From a virus: 64,000 nucleotides of DNA. The position numbers were made by a program, and so were the translations under genes. The stretch covers positions 7,438 to 71,437 of IMG/VR virus record IMGVR_UViG_3300020112_000969; one strand, given 5' to 3'. This document shows, piece by piece, positions 46,812-56,944 of the stretch. The notes under the pieces were generated by a model. It had not been told where the DNA came from and ran no database searches. It worked only from the letters and a program-made list of their open reading frames with translations. Position 1 is the first letter of the stretch. Each line of letters opens with the position of its first letter.

Positions 46812-47507
46812 ATGATCTATTGCATTTCAGATATTCACGGAGAAATTGACCGTTTTCATGCCATGCTCGACAAGATATGGTTTACATCGTCAGATACGCT
46901 TTACGTCCTCGGCGATGTAATCGACCGCAAGGAAAGCGGAGTTGCAATTCTGCAAGAGATCATGAAGATGCCGAACTGCAAAATGCTTCTCGGTAATCAT
47001 GAGTATATGTGCCTTAACGCCATGCTCAATCGCGAGGAAGGAGCAACCAGGCTATGGAAGGCAAACGGAAGCTCACCTACATACCGCGCATTAAAATATA
47101 AGTTATCGGACGAAGAACGCGAAAGTGTTCTTCGTTTCCTTTTATCGCTCCCGGATCACGCGGACATTGCGGTTGGCGGCAAAGCCTATCACTTAGTCCA
47201 CGGTTGGTTTGGGAGCGATACTTATTCGCGCGTATGGACGCGTCCGACGGATTTCAATCGCGAAGATCCGTTTGGAAATAATTTCACCATGGTCGTCGGT
47301 CATACGCCGACACCGTTTTTGAGACCGAGAGACTACAGCATGCTCTCCGATGCAGACGAGTTTCCGCCGTTCAGCATCTTCCATGCCACTAAATGGGGCG
47401 GCAGAGAGTTTGACTTCTACGACATCGACTGCGGGTGCGGAAATGAAACGCCGCTCCGGCGTCTCGGGTGCCTCAGGCTCGATGACCTACAGGAATTTTA
47501 TGTGTAA
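46812..47507 (+). CDS. PPP-family Ser/Thr protein phosphatase (metallophosphoesterase)
   Basis: Motifs SDIHGE, GDVIDRK, GNHEY in the order typical of lambda-phosphatase / ApaH-like enzymes. Confidence 0.7.
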   Translation: MIYCISDIHGEIDRFHAMLDKIWFTSSDTLYVLGDVIDRKESGVAILQEIMKMPNCKMLLGNHEYMCLNAMLNREEGATRLWKANGSSPTYRALKYKLSDEERESVLRFLLSLPDHADIAVGGKAYHLVHGWFGSDTYSRVWTRPTDFNREDPFGNNFTMVVGHTPTPFLRPRDYSMLSDADEFPPFSIFHATKWGGREFDFYDIDCGCGNETPLRRLGCLRLDDLQEFYV

Positions 47508-47738
47508 CTTGTCTTTGCGCCACGCAAAAGGAGTTTGAATGGGAATTGAAAACATCTTATCACCAGAGGAAATGTTTCTGTCTGTTGATGATATCACCGG
47601 TACGATCGGCGAGTGGTTCGAATACGATACGTCGGACATTCCGGAAGAGGCGCTTATGTATCTGCGCAAGGCGTACTTTATATGCGCTGACGCATTAGAT
47701 CGCAAGTAAAACGAAACATAGATCGGAGCAACGATGAC

Positions 47739-48338
47739 ATGATCAGTTTTAGTAATCAAATAAACTTCAAAAGCAACATGAATCTTATCGGTGGATTTCA
47801 CTCTAACGGGAAAATTCGCGTCAGTGACCCGTGCTATACGCCTAACACATGGTGCAGCGGTGTCATTGATACAATAAAAGGAAATTGGACTGCCGCTGTT
47901 ATCCGTCTTACCAACGAGGAAACCGGTGGATGTGGAGATCGAGTTGCCGTTCTCGCCATCAAGCACGAGGATTGCGATATTCCGCTCTGCACGGATTCGA
48001 TCAACGAAGCTTGCGATGCTATGAAAAGCATGGATCAGAGCGGAGGATGGAGCGTCTCAGATATTGATGTCGGCGTAGACAGCGGACAGGCAGGATTTTT
48101 TGATGAAGAAGAATTCGTCCGCGTCAAGAGCGGAGACGACACCGCTTGGTATAACAATATTTCCAACGTCACGCTGGGTGTCGATGCCGGCGTCATAGAC
48201 TATGGCGTTGTTTCAACATCCGGATATGGTGACGGAGGCTATAAATGCGTTATCCATACAGGAGAAAACGACTTGGTTGACTTTGCTTTCATCGTTTTTA
48301 TCTCCCCGGACGAGCAGTTGGAGCCGTACGAAATATAA
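47739..48338 (+). CDS. hypothetical protein (DUF4241-like)
   Basis: ORF track; VSDPCY...VGVDSGQAGFFD pattern. Confidence 0.35.
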   Translation: MISFSNQINFKSNMNLIGGFHSNGKIRVSDPCYTPNTWCSGVIDTIKGNWTAAVIRLTNEETGGCGDRVAVLAIKHEDCDIPLCTDSINEACDAMKSMDQSGGWSVSDIDVGVDSGQAGFFDEEEFVRVKSGDDTAWYNNISNVTLGVDAGVIDYGVVSTSGYGDGGYKCVIHTGENDLVDFAFIVFISPDEQLEPYEI

Positions 48339-48355
48339 TATGAAAGGCTGATTTT

Positions 48356-48619
48356 ATGAGAAAAGAAGACTTTGCCTTCGACCACAAGGACGAAGAATAC
48401 CAAGACTATTGGTTCAATGTGTCAGGAGAAACTGCGGACGAGCTTGCGGACAAACACATGGAAATGTGCATGGTCGGCGTGACAGAGGTTGTTTATTCCA
48501 AGGTCGAGGACTTTGTCGGCGTAAAGTGCCTCTTCCCTTTCAACTATCATGTCGTTACGTCGGACGATCCGGCGTTAAAAGAAATGATGTTGTCTCTTAT
48601 TGAGGCAATTCCCGGATAA
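48356..48619 (+). CDS. hypothetical protein
   Basis: ORF track; 87 aa. Confidence 0.3.
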   Translation: MRKEDFAFDHKDEEYQDYWFNVSGETADELADKHMEMCMVGVTEVVYSKVEDFVGVKCLFPFNYHVVTSDDPALKEMMLSLIEAIPG

Positions 48620-48636
48620 GCGAAAGGAATTTCACA

Positions 48637-49056
48637 ATGAACACGATAACATTTTCAAATCAGATCATAGAGGTGCTTGAATATCTTTGTGATAAGTTCG
48701 GCATCGTTTGTGACTGGACAAGCGATTCCGTTGTTCCGTTTGCCAAACAAATTGCAGAGCATTATATCAAATGGGAGATCACAACATCTATCGTTTGGTG
48801 CATCTTTTCCGTTATTGTAATTTCGTTAAGCGTGATCTTGATTATGCGTGGAATAAAAGTAAGAAACGATAGACAGCACTCCGATGATGATGACGGTATC
48901 GGAAGAATAGTTATCGGATCATTTCTTGCAGTGATTGGCGTCGTTATCCTAATGACACAAATCCTCGATATTGTAAAGTGCATCAATTTTCCTGAACTTC
49001 AGGTCTTTGAGTATGTCAAGAGATTGCTCAGCTCCATGCAGAGCAACAAATACTAA
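48637..49056 (+). CDS. membrane protein (two TM segments)
   Basis: ORF track; RBS AAAGGAATTT. Confidence 0.35.
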   Translation: MNTITFSNQIIEVLEYLCDKFGIVCDWTSDSVVPFAKQIAEHYIKWEITTSIVWCIFSVIVISLSVILIMRGIKVRNDRQHSDDDDGIGRIVIGSFLAVIGVVILMTQILDIVKCINFPELQVFEYVKRLLSSMQSNKY

Positions 49057-49687
49057 GCGTAACAAATCTGAAATTCAACGCGTGCAAGCTATATGCGTGT
49101 TGTCTTATATTAGCCAAAGCGGATTAGGGCGTGCAGTCCGCATGGAGAGGTGAAAAGCTATTCCTCTCATCTGCGTCGATGGGATGTAGGCTTAGAAGCA
49201 GCCATCATCTAAGGAGTGAGTGATATTCCGTATGTGACTAAGAAAAGTTTGATTGTTAATCTTCCAAAACTGATAGGGAGAGCCGATTCAGGAGAAAACA
49301 ATCCTTAGATCGTTCAGTCAAGGACGCATATCGATAAGTCTGTTATTTAAGATATGCGCGAAGCGTTGGAGACGATGTCGAAACGGTCGCAAGGGCGGGA
49401 CAGAACATAAAAGACCAATAATCCTTTGTCGTAACAGAACACCATTACAACGCAGAATATGATGATTGCGAGGACACAATGACAAAAGAAAGACAGAGCG
49501 AGATCCTGCGCATCCTGCGAGAACAGGATGTGGAAATTGACCGCATATTCAGCGAAAGATTGGCGCTCGCCAAGGAGTGCATCGCTGAGGGAAGATCGTT
49601 TTATCACGAAATGTGGGACAAGCTTCATTCCGATAAGAAGCAGCACTGGGACTTTTAATTTTCTTCGGAAAAGTTGAGGAGTTAAAC

Positions 49688-49999
49688 ATGAGTAAACAGA
49701 GATTGATTAACCTTGATGATGCTATTGAAATCATCGAAACAAAGCAAAGAGAACTCTGCCCTATGGGAAGATGCTCCAGACAGTATGTAAGTGGAACGGA
49801 CAGAGAAAGATTTGATGAATATGAGGAAATGATAGAAGCGCTGTGTGTTATTCCAACCGTTGATGCCGTTGAGGTCGTTAGGTGCAAGGACTGCAAATAT
49901 CATAGGCTCTATAACGGAGAAAAATTGTGTAACTATTGGGATGATTACATCCAGACAGACGATACTGATTTTTGCTCTTACGGACAGCCAAAGAAGTGA
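49688..49999 (+). CDS. small Cys-rich protein (paralog group with 50672 ORF; PTVDAVEVV)
   Basis: ORF track; RBS GAGGAG. Confidence 0.3.
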   Translation: MSKQRLINLDDAIEIIETKQRELCPMGRCSRQYVSGTDRERFDEYEEMIEALCVIPTVDAVEVVRCKDCKYHRLYNGEKLCNYWDDYIQTDDTDFCSYGQPKK

Positions 50000-50041
50000 A
50001 CTTTCTCGACCAATTTCGAAAAAAGATAACGAGGTGTCTAT

Positions 50042-50311
50042 ATGCGAGAAAAGAGACTGATTGATGCGTCTCCGATTATGGATTTCATCGAGCGTGGTCT
50101 TAATGATGGAACATTCGGACATGACGCTATCGAGATTATGACAGAGATAGAATATGCTCCAACAGAAAAAGCTGTTCCATGTATCAAATTGCTTGAGATG
50201 CGAAACAAATTCTATGAAAACGATGGTATTTCTTTCGGTAATTACAGAATGCTAAACAGGCTCATAGCAGAGTACAACGAGGAAGCGTTTACAAGCGGTG
50301 ACGATGATTAA
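50042..50311 (+). CDS. hypothetical small protein
   Basis: ORF track; N-terminal RLIDASPIMDFI resembles its neighbours. Confidence 0.3.
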   Translation: MREKRLIDASPIMDFIERGLNDGTFGHDAIEIMTEIEYAPTEKAVPCIKLLEMRNKFYENDGISFGNYRMLNRLIAEYNEEAFTSGDDD

Positions 50312-50343
50312 CCTTCTTCTGAAAAAGTAAAGGAGCGAAATGA

Positions 50344-50613
50344 ATGATAACACAAAAATATAATTGCTGTTTTTGCGGCAAAGAGTTTAAGTACAGAACA
50401 CCTGATTTCATTATCGGATTTGACAATATAGCAGGAATTATACCAGCGACGCACGTCGTGCTCCGCCACAGAAAAGAAATGAGAAAGGAAAACTGGAAAG
50501 ACATTTGCAAAATAGTTCTTTTTGCTGTTTCAGAAATAGCATTAGGTGTTGTTCTACTTCCAATCTTCCTGCTGACATACCCGTTTTGGTGGCTGCATGA
50601 AAAATTATTCTAA
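50344..50613 (+). CDS. small membrane protein with N-terminal CxxC
   Basis: ORF track. Confidence 0.3.
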   Translation: MITQKYNCCFCGKEFKYRTPDFIIGFDNIAGIIPATHVVLRHRKEMRKENWKDICKIVLFAVSEIALGVVLLPIFLLTYPFWWLHEKLF

Positions 50614-50671
50614 TTAGCCTTCTCGACCGATAACTATTTCGTGATGTCACGAAAATGAACGAGGTGAAAAT

Positions 50672-50920
50672 ATGAGATTGATTGATGCAGACAAAGTAAT
50701 TATTCCTTTCGAGGAATATTGTGCAAGAATGGCAATTCAAAACGCACCTACCGTCGACGCTGTTCCTGTTGAGCGAAAGAAGCCTATAAAAGAACCTTTC
50801 CATGCTCCGTTTGGCACGGAACTTACAAAGGAGTTTTGCCCAAACTGCAAGGAGATTGTATATAACTGGTATAAATTTTGCCATGAGTGTGGGCAAGGTC
50901 TTGACTGGGAAGAAAATTAA
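50672..50920 (+). CDS. small zinc-ribbon protein (paralog of 49688 ORF; PTVDAVPV, CPNC...CHEC)
   Basis: ORF track. Confidence 0.3.
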   Translation: MRLIDADKVIIPFEEYCARMAIQNAPTVDAVPVERKKPIKEPFHAPFGTELTKEFCPNCKEIVYNWYKFCHECGQGLDWEEN

Positions 50921-50941
50921 CTTTCTCTACCAAGTAATGAG

Positions 50942-51487
50942 GTGAATATGGAATTCCCAAAAAACAAATACAACATCATATATGCAGACCCTCCGTGGAC
51001 ATTCAATACATACAGTCAAAAAGGGAAAGAACGCAAGTCTCCTGAGTGCCACTACCCATGTATGACAAAAAAAGATATACAAGACCTCCCTGTTCCAAGC
51101 ATTGCAGCGGACGACTGTGTTCTTTTTCTGTGGGTTACATTCCCGTGTCTTGAGGAAGGTATTGAGCTGATAAGAGCGTGGGGTTTTGAATATAAAACCT
51201 GCGGGTTTACGTGGGTGAAACGAAACAAAAAATCAGATAGTTGGTTCTGGGGTCTTGGCTATTGGACGAGAGCAAACGCAGAGTTGTGTCTGCTCGCAAC
51301 AAAAGGTCACCCAAAGAGAGCAAGCAGGTCTGTACATCAGGTTTGCGATGCACGCATTCAAGACCACAGTCATAAGCCGGAAGAAATCAGAGAAAGAATT
51401 GTTGAGCTTTGCGGAGATCTACCTCGCATAGAGCTGTTCGCCCGTCAGAGAGCGGACGGTTGGGATTGTTGGGGAAACGAAGTTTGA
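50942..51487 (+). CDS. N6-adenine DNA methyltransferase, MT-A70-like
   Basis: IIYADPPW (DPPW motif IV) near the N-terminus. Confidence 0.65.
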   Translation: MNMEFPKNKYNIIYADPPWTFNTYSQKGKERKSPECHYPCMTKKDIQDLPVPSIAADDCVLFLWVTFPCLEEGIELIRAWGFEYKTCGFTWVKRNKKSDSWFWGLGYWTRANAELCLLATKGHPKRASRSVHQVCDARIQDHSHKPEEIRERIVELCGDLPRIELFARQRADGWDCWGNEV

Positions 51488-51531
51488 CGTTCTCTATCGA
51501 GGAATTCCGAAAAATATATCCGGAGGTAAAA

Positions 51532-51963
51532 ATGAATACAGATGTAATGTTCTCGTCTGCAACAGACATGTGGGCGACACCGCAGGACTTTTTTGACAGA
51601 CTGAACGAGGAATATCACTTTACTCTTGATGTATGCGCCACTACGCAAAACGCAAAATGCGGCAGGTACTATACGAAAGAGCAGGACGGACTTTCCCAAC
51701 CTTGGGACGGAGTGTGCTGGTGTAATCCTCCTTACGGTCGTGAGATTGGAAAATGGGTTGAGAAAGCATATCAGTCAGCAATGGATGGAAATGCAGATGT
51801 TGTGATGCTTCTCCCTGCAAGAACCGATACAAAGTGGTTCCATGATTACATATACGGTAAGGCGGAGATCAGATTTGTAAAAGGCCGCCTGAAGTTTGGA
51901 GACAGCATGAACAGCGCACCGTTCCCGAGCATGGTCGTAATATTCAACGGACAGGCACATTGA
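51532..51963 (+). CDS. phage Dam-type N6-adenine methyltransferase
   Basis: CWCNPPYG (NPPY motif); RBS GGAGGTAAAA; in frame with track ORF 51409..51963. Confidence 0.6.
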   Translation: MNTDVMFSSATDMWATPQDFFDRLNEEYHFTLDVCATTQNAKCGRYYTKEQDGLSQPWDGVCWCNPPYGREIGKWVEKAYQSAMDGNADVVMLLPARTDTKWFHDYIYGKAEIRFVKGRLKFGDSMNSAPFPSMVVIFNGQAH

Positions 51964-51980
51964 CAATATGAGGGAACGAA

Positions 51981-52322
51981 ATGGAACTTGAAGAAGCGAT
52001 CGCGCACTTAAAAGACTATATAGAGACCCACAACTTTGCGTGTGATGGATGCAAAGCAGAACACGAACAGTTGCTGGCGTTTCTTCTCGAGCTTCAAGAG
52101 CGCAGAGAAAGGAAAGATGCGCTCTATTCCATGAGCGAAAAAGTTCCCATTCTGTATCGCGGGAACGGAGCAAACGACAATGAGAAAATTATCGGTTCTA
52201 CGACGGGATATTCCTGTCGTTTTTATTTTGATCAAGAGAACAATGCGTATGTCGTCAATGTAGACGGCGTCGTTTTCTTTGGCGGAACGGAGTGCCTTGG
52301 ACGACACAATCAAGGCATTTGA
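51981..52322 (+). CDS. hypothetical protein
   Basis: ORF track. Confidence 0.3.
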   Translation: MELEEAIAHLKDYIETHNFACDGCKAEHEQLLAFLLELQERRERKDALYSMSEKVPILYRGNGANDNEKIIGSTTGYSCRFYFDQENNAYVVNVDGVVFFGGTECLGRHNQGI

Positions 52323-52496
52323 TATTACGTCCATTGGATTTTCAGAATAATACGGAGGCGAAAATGCACAACAAGAATCACGATCGCTGTATTAACTGTG
52401 TCAATGCAAAATGCGTTGGAAGAAAATGGTTTTGCAGCGAAACAGGAGAGCGGATAGAGATAATTGAAAAATGCCCGGAGGGCATAGAATGGGAGG

Positions 52497-52760
52497 ATGT
52501 CCATGATTGATGCAAAGCTTATGCGAGAGATCGCATTTGACAAACGCGACAGCGAGTATCACAAGCTGAGCGATCTCGTTCAGTATCATATCAAGCGTGC
52601 GGCAGAGAACGGCGATTTTCATATCTTCTTTGTCGTCAAGTCAGATGACTTTTCAGCAAAGACTACAGATACCGTGATGAAGCATCTTCGTATCAACGGG
52701 TTCAGCATCATGATACAGGATGTACCTGATGGAAAAGGAGTGGATATTTCATGGGAGTAA
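52497..52760 (+). CDS. hypothetical protein
   Basis: ORF track. Confidence 0.3.
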   Translation: MSMIDAKLMREIAFDKRDSEYHKLSDLVQYHIKRAAENGDFHIFFVVKSDDFSAKTTDTVMKHLRINGFSIMIQDVPDGKGVDISWE

Positions 52761-53263
52761 ACAGCACTGTCAAGATCGTAGAGATCAATCCTGATGTTCG
52801 ATCCAGAGTAGAAGAAAACGGAGGATACTGCCCCTGCCTCATCGAAAAGAACGCAGATACCAAGTGTATGTGCAAGGACTTCCGCGAGTCCACCGTCGGC
52901 ACAGTCTGTCACTGCGGCAGGTTCCGCAAGGAATATGCCTCTCCGATGATGCCGGAGGTCTTTGAAAAAGCATCACGCGACTGCAAATGTACATGGGACG
53001 AGCTCAACATGAAGTTTGCCGCAAAGTGCAAGCAGTATGACGAGCTGGTTGCGGAAATAAAGAAAAAAGAAATGGCAATGTGCTCATACTGCAATCCGTC
53101 TTCTGACGCCGTTGCCGTTTTCAAAGACGACAAGAGCGATAAGTATTATACGGAGTGCCGTGTCTGTGACTTTGTCCAGCTCGAAAACGCAGAGGATCTT
53201 ACCGTCCGTACCTTTGTCAATAACTGCCCGTGGTGCGGAAGAAAGCTTGTTGATATTACATAG
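52751..53263 (+). CDS. Cys-rich protein with CPC...CMC...CHC cluster (ferredoxin-thioredoxin-reductase-like motif) and C-terminal zinc ribbon
   Basis: CPCLIEKNADTKCMCKDFRESTVGTVCHCGRF resembles the CPCx..CxCx..CHC arrangement of FTR catalytic subunits. Confidence 0.35.
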   Translation: MGVNSTVKIVEINPDVRSRVEENGGYCPCLIEKNADTKCMCKDFRESTVGTVCHCGRFRKEYASPMMPEVFEKASRDCKCTWDELNMKFAAKCKQYDELVAEIKKKEMAMCSYCNPSSDAVAVFKDDKSDKYYTECRVCDFVQLENAEDLTVRTFVNNCPWCGRKLVDIT

Positions 53264-53271
53264 GAGGAATT

Positions 53272-53991
53272 ATGGTCAGGATATTTCAAAAAGAAAGCCT
53301 TGAAGAAATTCTGAATTCTCCACATCGATATGTCAGCGAGGAAAGCGACCTTGCGCTTGTCGAGGTCTTCCCTACCAAGTCTGACAAACAATACTCCGTC
53401 AAAATCATGATCGGATATGATCCGGAGAGGCTTTCATACTACATCGTTGAGGAAGATAACGAGTCTTCTATCGACATCTATCCGGAAGACGGAAAGACAA
53501 TCATCGATGTCTTTGACGAGTCTTTGAAAAGAGTTCTCGAGGACGGCAAAGCGGAAGACCGCGCAAATGGAGAGGCCGACAAAAGCAACGACGTGTTTTC
53601 CGAGCTTCAACCTGTCGAGGAAATGAGACTGGTCGATGCAAATAAACTTCCCGTTAAGTTTGATGGACATACCGTTGGTGTGTGGAAAAACGATTTAGAC
53701 AGCGCACCTACCGTCAAGGCGAAGATACTCTTCTCTGCCCATTGGGAGCCGAGATACGATGCTGCCGAAGACGATGACGGATTTCTTCATCATCGCTGCT
53801 CAAGATGCAAACATGATGCTGTCAGTTTTCCTGATATGCAGGAGGATTTTGATGAAAATATCGACGGTGAATTTGAAAGCATCGGATACCGTCAAATGGG
53901 CATCATCGAGGAGTTGACTCCGTTTTGCCCGTATTGCGGTGCAGAAATGAACGAAGTCGTTGAGGAATACGAAGAAGCGGACGAAGAGTAA
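53272..53991 (+). CDS. hypothetical acidic protein with C-terminal zinc ribbon
   Basis: ORF track; RBS AGGAGGAATT. Confidence 0.35.
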   Translation: MVRIFQKESLEEILNSPHRYVSEESDLALVEVFPTKSDKQYSVKIMIGYDPERLSYYIVEEDNESSIDIYPEDGKTIIDVFDESLKRVLEDGKAEDRANGEADKSNDVFSELQPVEEMRLVDANKLPVKFDGHTVGVWKNDLDSAPTVKAKILFSAHWEPRYDAAEDDDGFLHHRCSRCKHDAVSFPDMQEDFDENIDGEFESIGYRQMGIIEELTPFCPYCGAEMNEVVEEYEEADEE

Positions 53992-54334
53992 TTATTAGGA
54001 GGAATTTGAAATGAACAGCAAAGGTCATCTTGTCATCTCGATTATTAAGTCCATGCTCAGAATTGTCGGCTGCTTTATCGCCATCGATTCCAAAAACTTC
54101 TCGCTCGGATTTTCCATGTTTATGATCGCGGAAGGTCTCGGCGTTGCAGAAGAGCTTGTCGATAAGAGGTAAGAAAAATGAACATTGTATTTTGGATTAT
54201 TGTCATAGCGATCCTCGTCTGCATTTGGATCGTACTGTCCAAGATCTTTTGGCGTGTCGGAGATGGTGTAGAGATCATCAAGGACTCGCTCAAAAAAGAT
54301 ATCAACAAAAATGAAAAAACGGAGGAAAACGAAA

Positions 54335-55228
54335 ATGAAAAGTAAGGGTTTGGTCGGTGCAATCATCACAGGAGTTGCGTTGTTCGCAACGCTTATCTGC
54401 CTCGTGATTTGCATCGAAAAGGTGCCAACCGGATACGTTGGCGTCGTCTACAACATGAACGGCGGAGTCGACGGAGAGGTTCTTTCACAGGGATGGCATC
54501 TGGTCGCGCCGACAAAAAAAGTAACAACATATTCCATCGGACTGGAGCAGTCCTATCTCAGCAGCGAAGAAAAGGGAGATTCGCAGCATGACGAAAGCTT
54601 CAGCATCCCGACATCTGACGGAAAGACCGTAAAGGTCAATCTGGAATTTTCCTACCGCTTTGACGAAGATCGTGTTGCAGAAACATTTGTGCGCTTCAAA
54701 GGAAAGAGCGGTGAAAAGATCAAAGATTCTTTCATTAAGCCAAAGGTCATCGCGTGGACACAGGAGGTTTCTGCAAACTATCCCGTCACTGATATTTTCG
54801 GCGATAAGCGTACCGCAATCAACGCAGAGCTTGATACATATCTGCGCGAAAAGTTTGACAAGTACGGCATCATCATCGACACAGTAAACTTTACGGACAT
54901 TTCTGTTGATGATGAGACAGCCAGCGCCATTCAGAAAAAGGTCACCGCGCAGCAGGAGCTTGAGCTTGCCAACATCGAGGCTCAGACCGCAAAGGTGCAG
55001 GCAGAAAAGGACAAGCAGGTAGCTGAGATTGAAGCAGAAAAGCAGATCATTGAGGCGAATGCAAAAGCAGAAGTAACGCGAATTGAGGCTCAGGCAGAGG
55101 CGGAAGCAAACCGTCAGGTCGCCTCTTCCCTCACAGATAATCTGATCAATAAGATCAAGTACGAAAAGTGGGACGGAGAACTCCCGACCGTGTCCGGCGG
55201 CAGTGCAATCATCAGCATTGAGCCGTGA
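54335..55228 (+). CDS. SPFH/band-7 domain membrane protein
   Basis: N-terminal TM segment; SPFH-like core; C-terminal EA-rich coiled coil. RBS GGAGGA before ATG 54335. Confidence 0.6.
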   Translation: MKSKGLVGAIITGVALFATLICLVICIEKVPTGYVGVVYNMNGGVDGEVLSQGWHLVAPTKKVTTYSIGLEQSYLSSEEKGDSQHDESFSIPTSDGKTVKVNLEFSYRFDEDRVAETFVRFKGKSGEKIKDSFIKPKVIAWTQEVSANYPVTDIFGDKRTAINAELDTYLREKFDKYGIIIDTVNFTDISVDDETASAIQKKVTAQQELELANIEAQTAKVQAEKDKQVAEIEAEKQIIEANAKAEVTRIEAQAEAEANRQVASSLTDNLINKIKYEKWDGELPTVSGGSAIISIEP

Positions 55229-55461
55229 TGAAAACGAAAGACAATTCTCATAGAGAGCCGTTTGATTTTTACAGGCTCCCGAAATGGGCTAAGTGCGCTC
55301 TGTGCTGCATCACAGGCGCACTTATCGCCATTATCTGTATTATTTCACTTATTATGCCGGCGTATTGGGCATTTACAAAAGATAAAATCGGATATTTGCT
55401 TCTTTATGCAGTACAGTTAGGCGCGTTTTGTGGATATAAATTTTACGAAGAGGAGTTTTGA
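55225..55461 (+). CDS. small membrane protein coupled to the SPFH gene
   Basis: ORF track; overlapping stop/start. Confidence 0.3.
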   Translation: MMKTKDNSHREPFDFYRLPKWAKCALCCITGALIAIICIISLIMPAYWAFTKDKIGYLLLYAVQLGAFCGYKFYEEEF

Positions 55462-55464
55462 TCC

Positions 55465-56655
55465 ATGAGAACAGAAGATTTTATCATTGCGGAAAAAGAG
55501 CGTCAGGATTCAGCCGTTGAGCTGATCGCATCTGAGAATTTTGTCAGCAGCCGTGTTATGGCTGCTGTCGGAAGCTGCCTAACCAACAAGTATGCAGAGG
55601 GATATCCGCGCAGACGCTATTACGGTGGATGCGAAGAGGTCGACAGGCTCGAAGAATACTGTCAGCAGCAGTGGAAAAAGGTTTTCCAGACGGATTATTA
55701 CTGCAATGTGCAGCCGCACAGCGGTTCTCAGGCAAACATGGCGGCTATTATGGCGGTATGTCAGCCCGGAGATACCATTCTCAGTATGAGTCTAAACGAC
55801 GGCGGGCATCTCACGCACGGCTCACCCGCCAGCTTTTCCGGCAAGCTCTACAATATTTATCACTACGGCGTAAAGGATGACGGATATATTGACTTTGACG
55901 ATGTCCGAAAAAAAATGTCAGTTCTGAAGCCGAGGCTTTTGGTTGTCGGAGCGTCCGCTTATCCGCGTGAGATCCCGTATGATATGTTTGCACAAATCCG
56001 CAATGAATGCAGCTACGATACCATTATTTTGGCTGATATGGCTCACGTTGCAGGACTTGTCGCAGCCGGCATACATAAATCTCCTTTTGGATATGCAGAC
56101 ATCGTCACAACAACCACACACAAGACGCTGCGTGGTACAAGGGGCGGACTTGTCTTCTGCCGTGAGGAGCTTGCGAGGAAAATTGACTCTGCCGTCTTTC
56201 CGGGTGTACAGGGCGGCCCGCTCATGCACATCATCGCAGGGAAATCCGTCACCGCAGAAGAAGCGCAGGAGCATTCCTTTGCAGAGTATATCTGCCGTAC
56301 CGTTGCAAACGCGAAGGCTATGGCAGAAAAGTTCACAGATCTTGGTATGAGTGTCGTTTCCGGAGGAACGGATAACCATATGTTCCTGCTCGACCTGTCA
56401 AAGTCTCACCCGCACGTCACTGGAAAGCAGGCGCAGGACGCTCTCGACCGGATCGACATCACGCTCAATAAGAATATGATTCACAACGACGAACGAAAGC
56501 CGAGCGAGTGCAGCGGACTTCGTATCGGAACCGCCGCTATGACCACAAAAGGCTTTACCGCCGCAGACTTCTGCAAGATTGCATCCATCATCAAGGATGT
56601 CTTAGACAGATTGGAGAAGGAAAATGAAGAAAAAGAAAGACCAGTTCGAGCTTAA
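55465..56655 (+). CDS. glyA: serine hydroxymethyltransferase
   Basis: ELIASENFVS..LTNKYAEGYP.RRYYGGCE and TTTTHKTLRGTRGG are hallmark SHMT motifs. Confidence 0.85.
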   Translation: MRTEDFIIAEKERQDSAVELIASENFVSSRVMAAVGSCLTNKYAEGYPRRRYYGGCEEVDRLEEYCQQQWKKVFQTDYYCNVQPHSGSQANMAAIMAVCQPGDTILSMSLNDGGHLTHGSPASFSGKLYNIYHYGVKDDGYIDFDDVRKKMSVLKPRLLVVGASAYPREIPYDMFAQIRNECSYDTIILADMAHVAGLVAAGIHKSPFGYADIVTTTTHKTLRGTRGGLVFCREELARKIDSAVFPGVQGGPLMHIIAGKSVTAEEAQEHSFAEYICRTVANAKAMAEKFTDLGMSVVSGGTDNHMFLLDLSKSHPHVTGKQAQDALDRIDITLNKNMIHNDERKPSECSGLRIGTAAMTTKGFTAADFCKIASIIKDVLDRLEKENEEKERPVRA

Positions 56656-56944
56656 TGACGACGATTTTGGCTTGGTTCTCAACGCCGCCGTTCGTTATTC
56701 GCTCGGCAGAAGAACTTATATGCCGAGTGCTGTCACAGGCTTTATCAAGCCTCTTTTAAGCAAGCTAAATAATCGAACGCTCTGGTGCTTCGATCAGGAT
56801 ATCAAGGATAAGAAATACGAGGGCGGATACGGTGACGAGTGCGATGAAAAAACATGGATGGAATTTCATCAAGCGGTTCGCGCAGAGCGAGAAAAGCGCG
56901 GAGAAAAGCTATATGTTTCTTATCGGGAAAGCGAGGAAAAGTAA
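56624..56944 (+). CDS. hypothetical protein
   Basis: ORF track. Confidence 0.3.
   Translation: MKKKKDQFELNDDDFGLVLNAAVRYSLGRRTYMPSAVTGFIKPLLSKLNNRTLWCFDQDIKDKKYEGGYGDECDEKTWMEFHQAVRAEREKRGEKLYVSYRESEEK

Noticed and set aside
27970-53300. Recurrent GGAATT / ATGGAATTTC strings near many gene starts, considered as a phage-specific promoter or binding motif
   Set aside because: Most occurrences are in frame inside coding sequence, arising from GGA-ATT codon pairs (G-I, W-N-F). There is no consistent spacing to start codons, so this is codon-usage noise rather than a motif.
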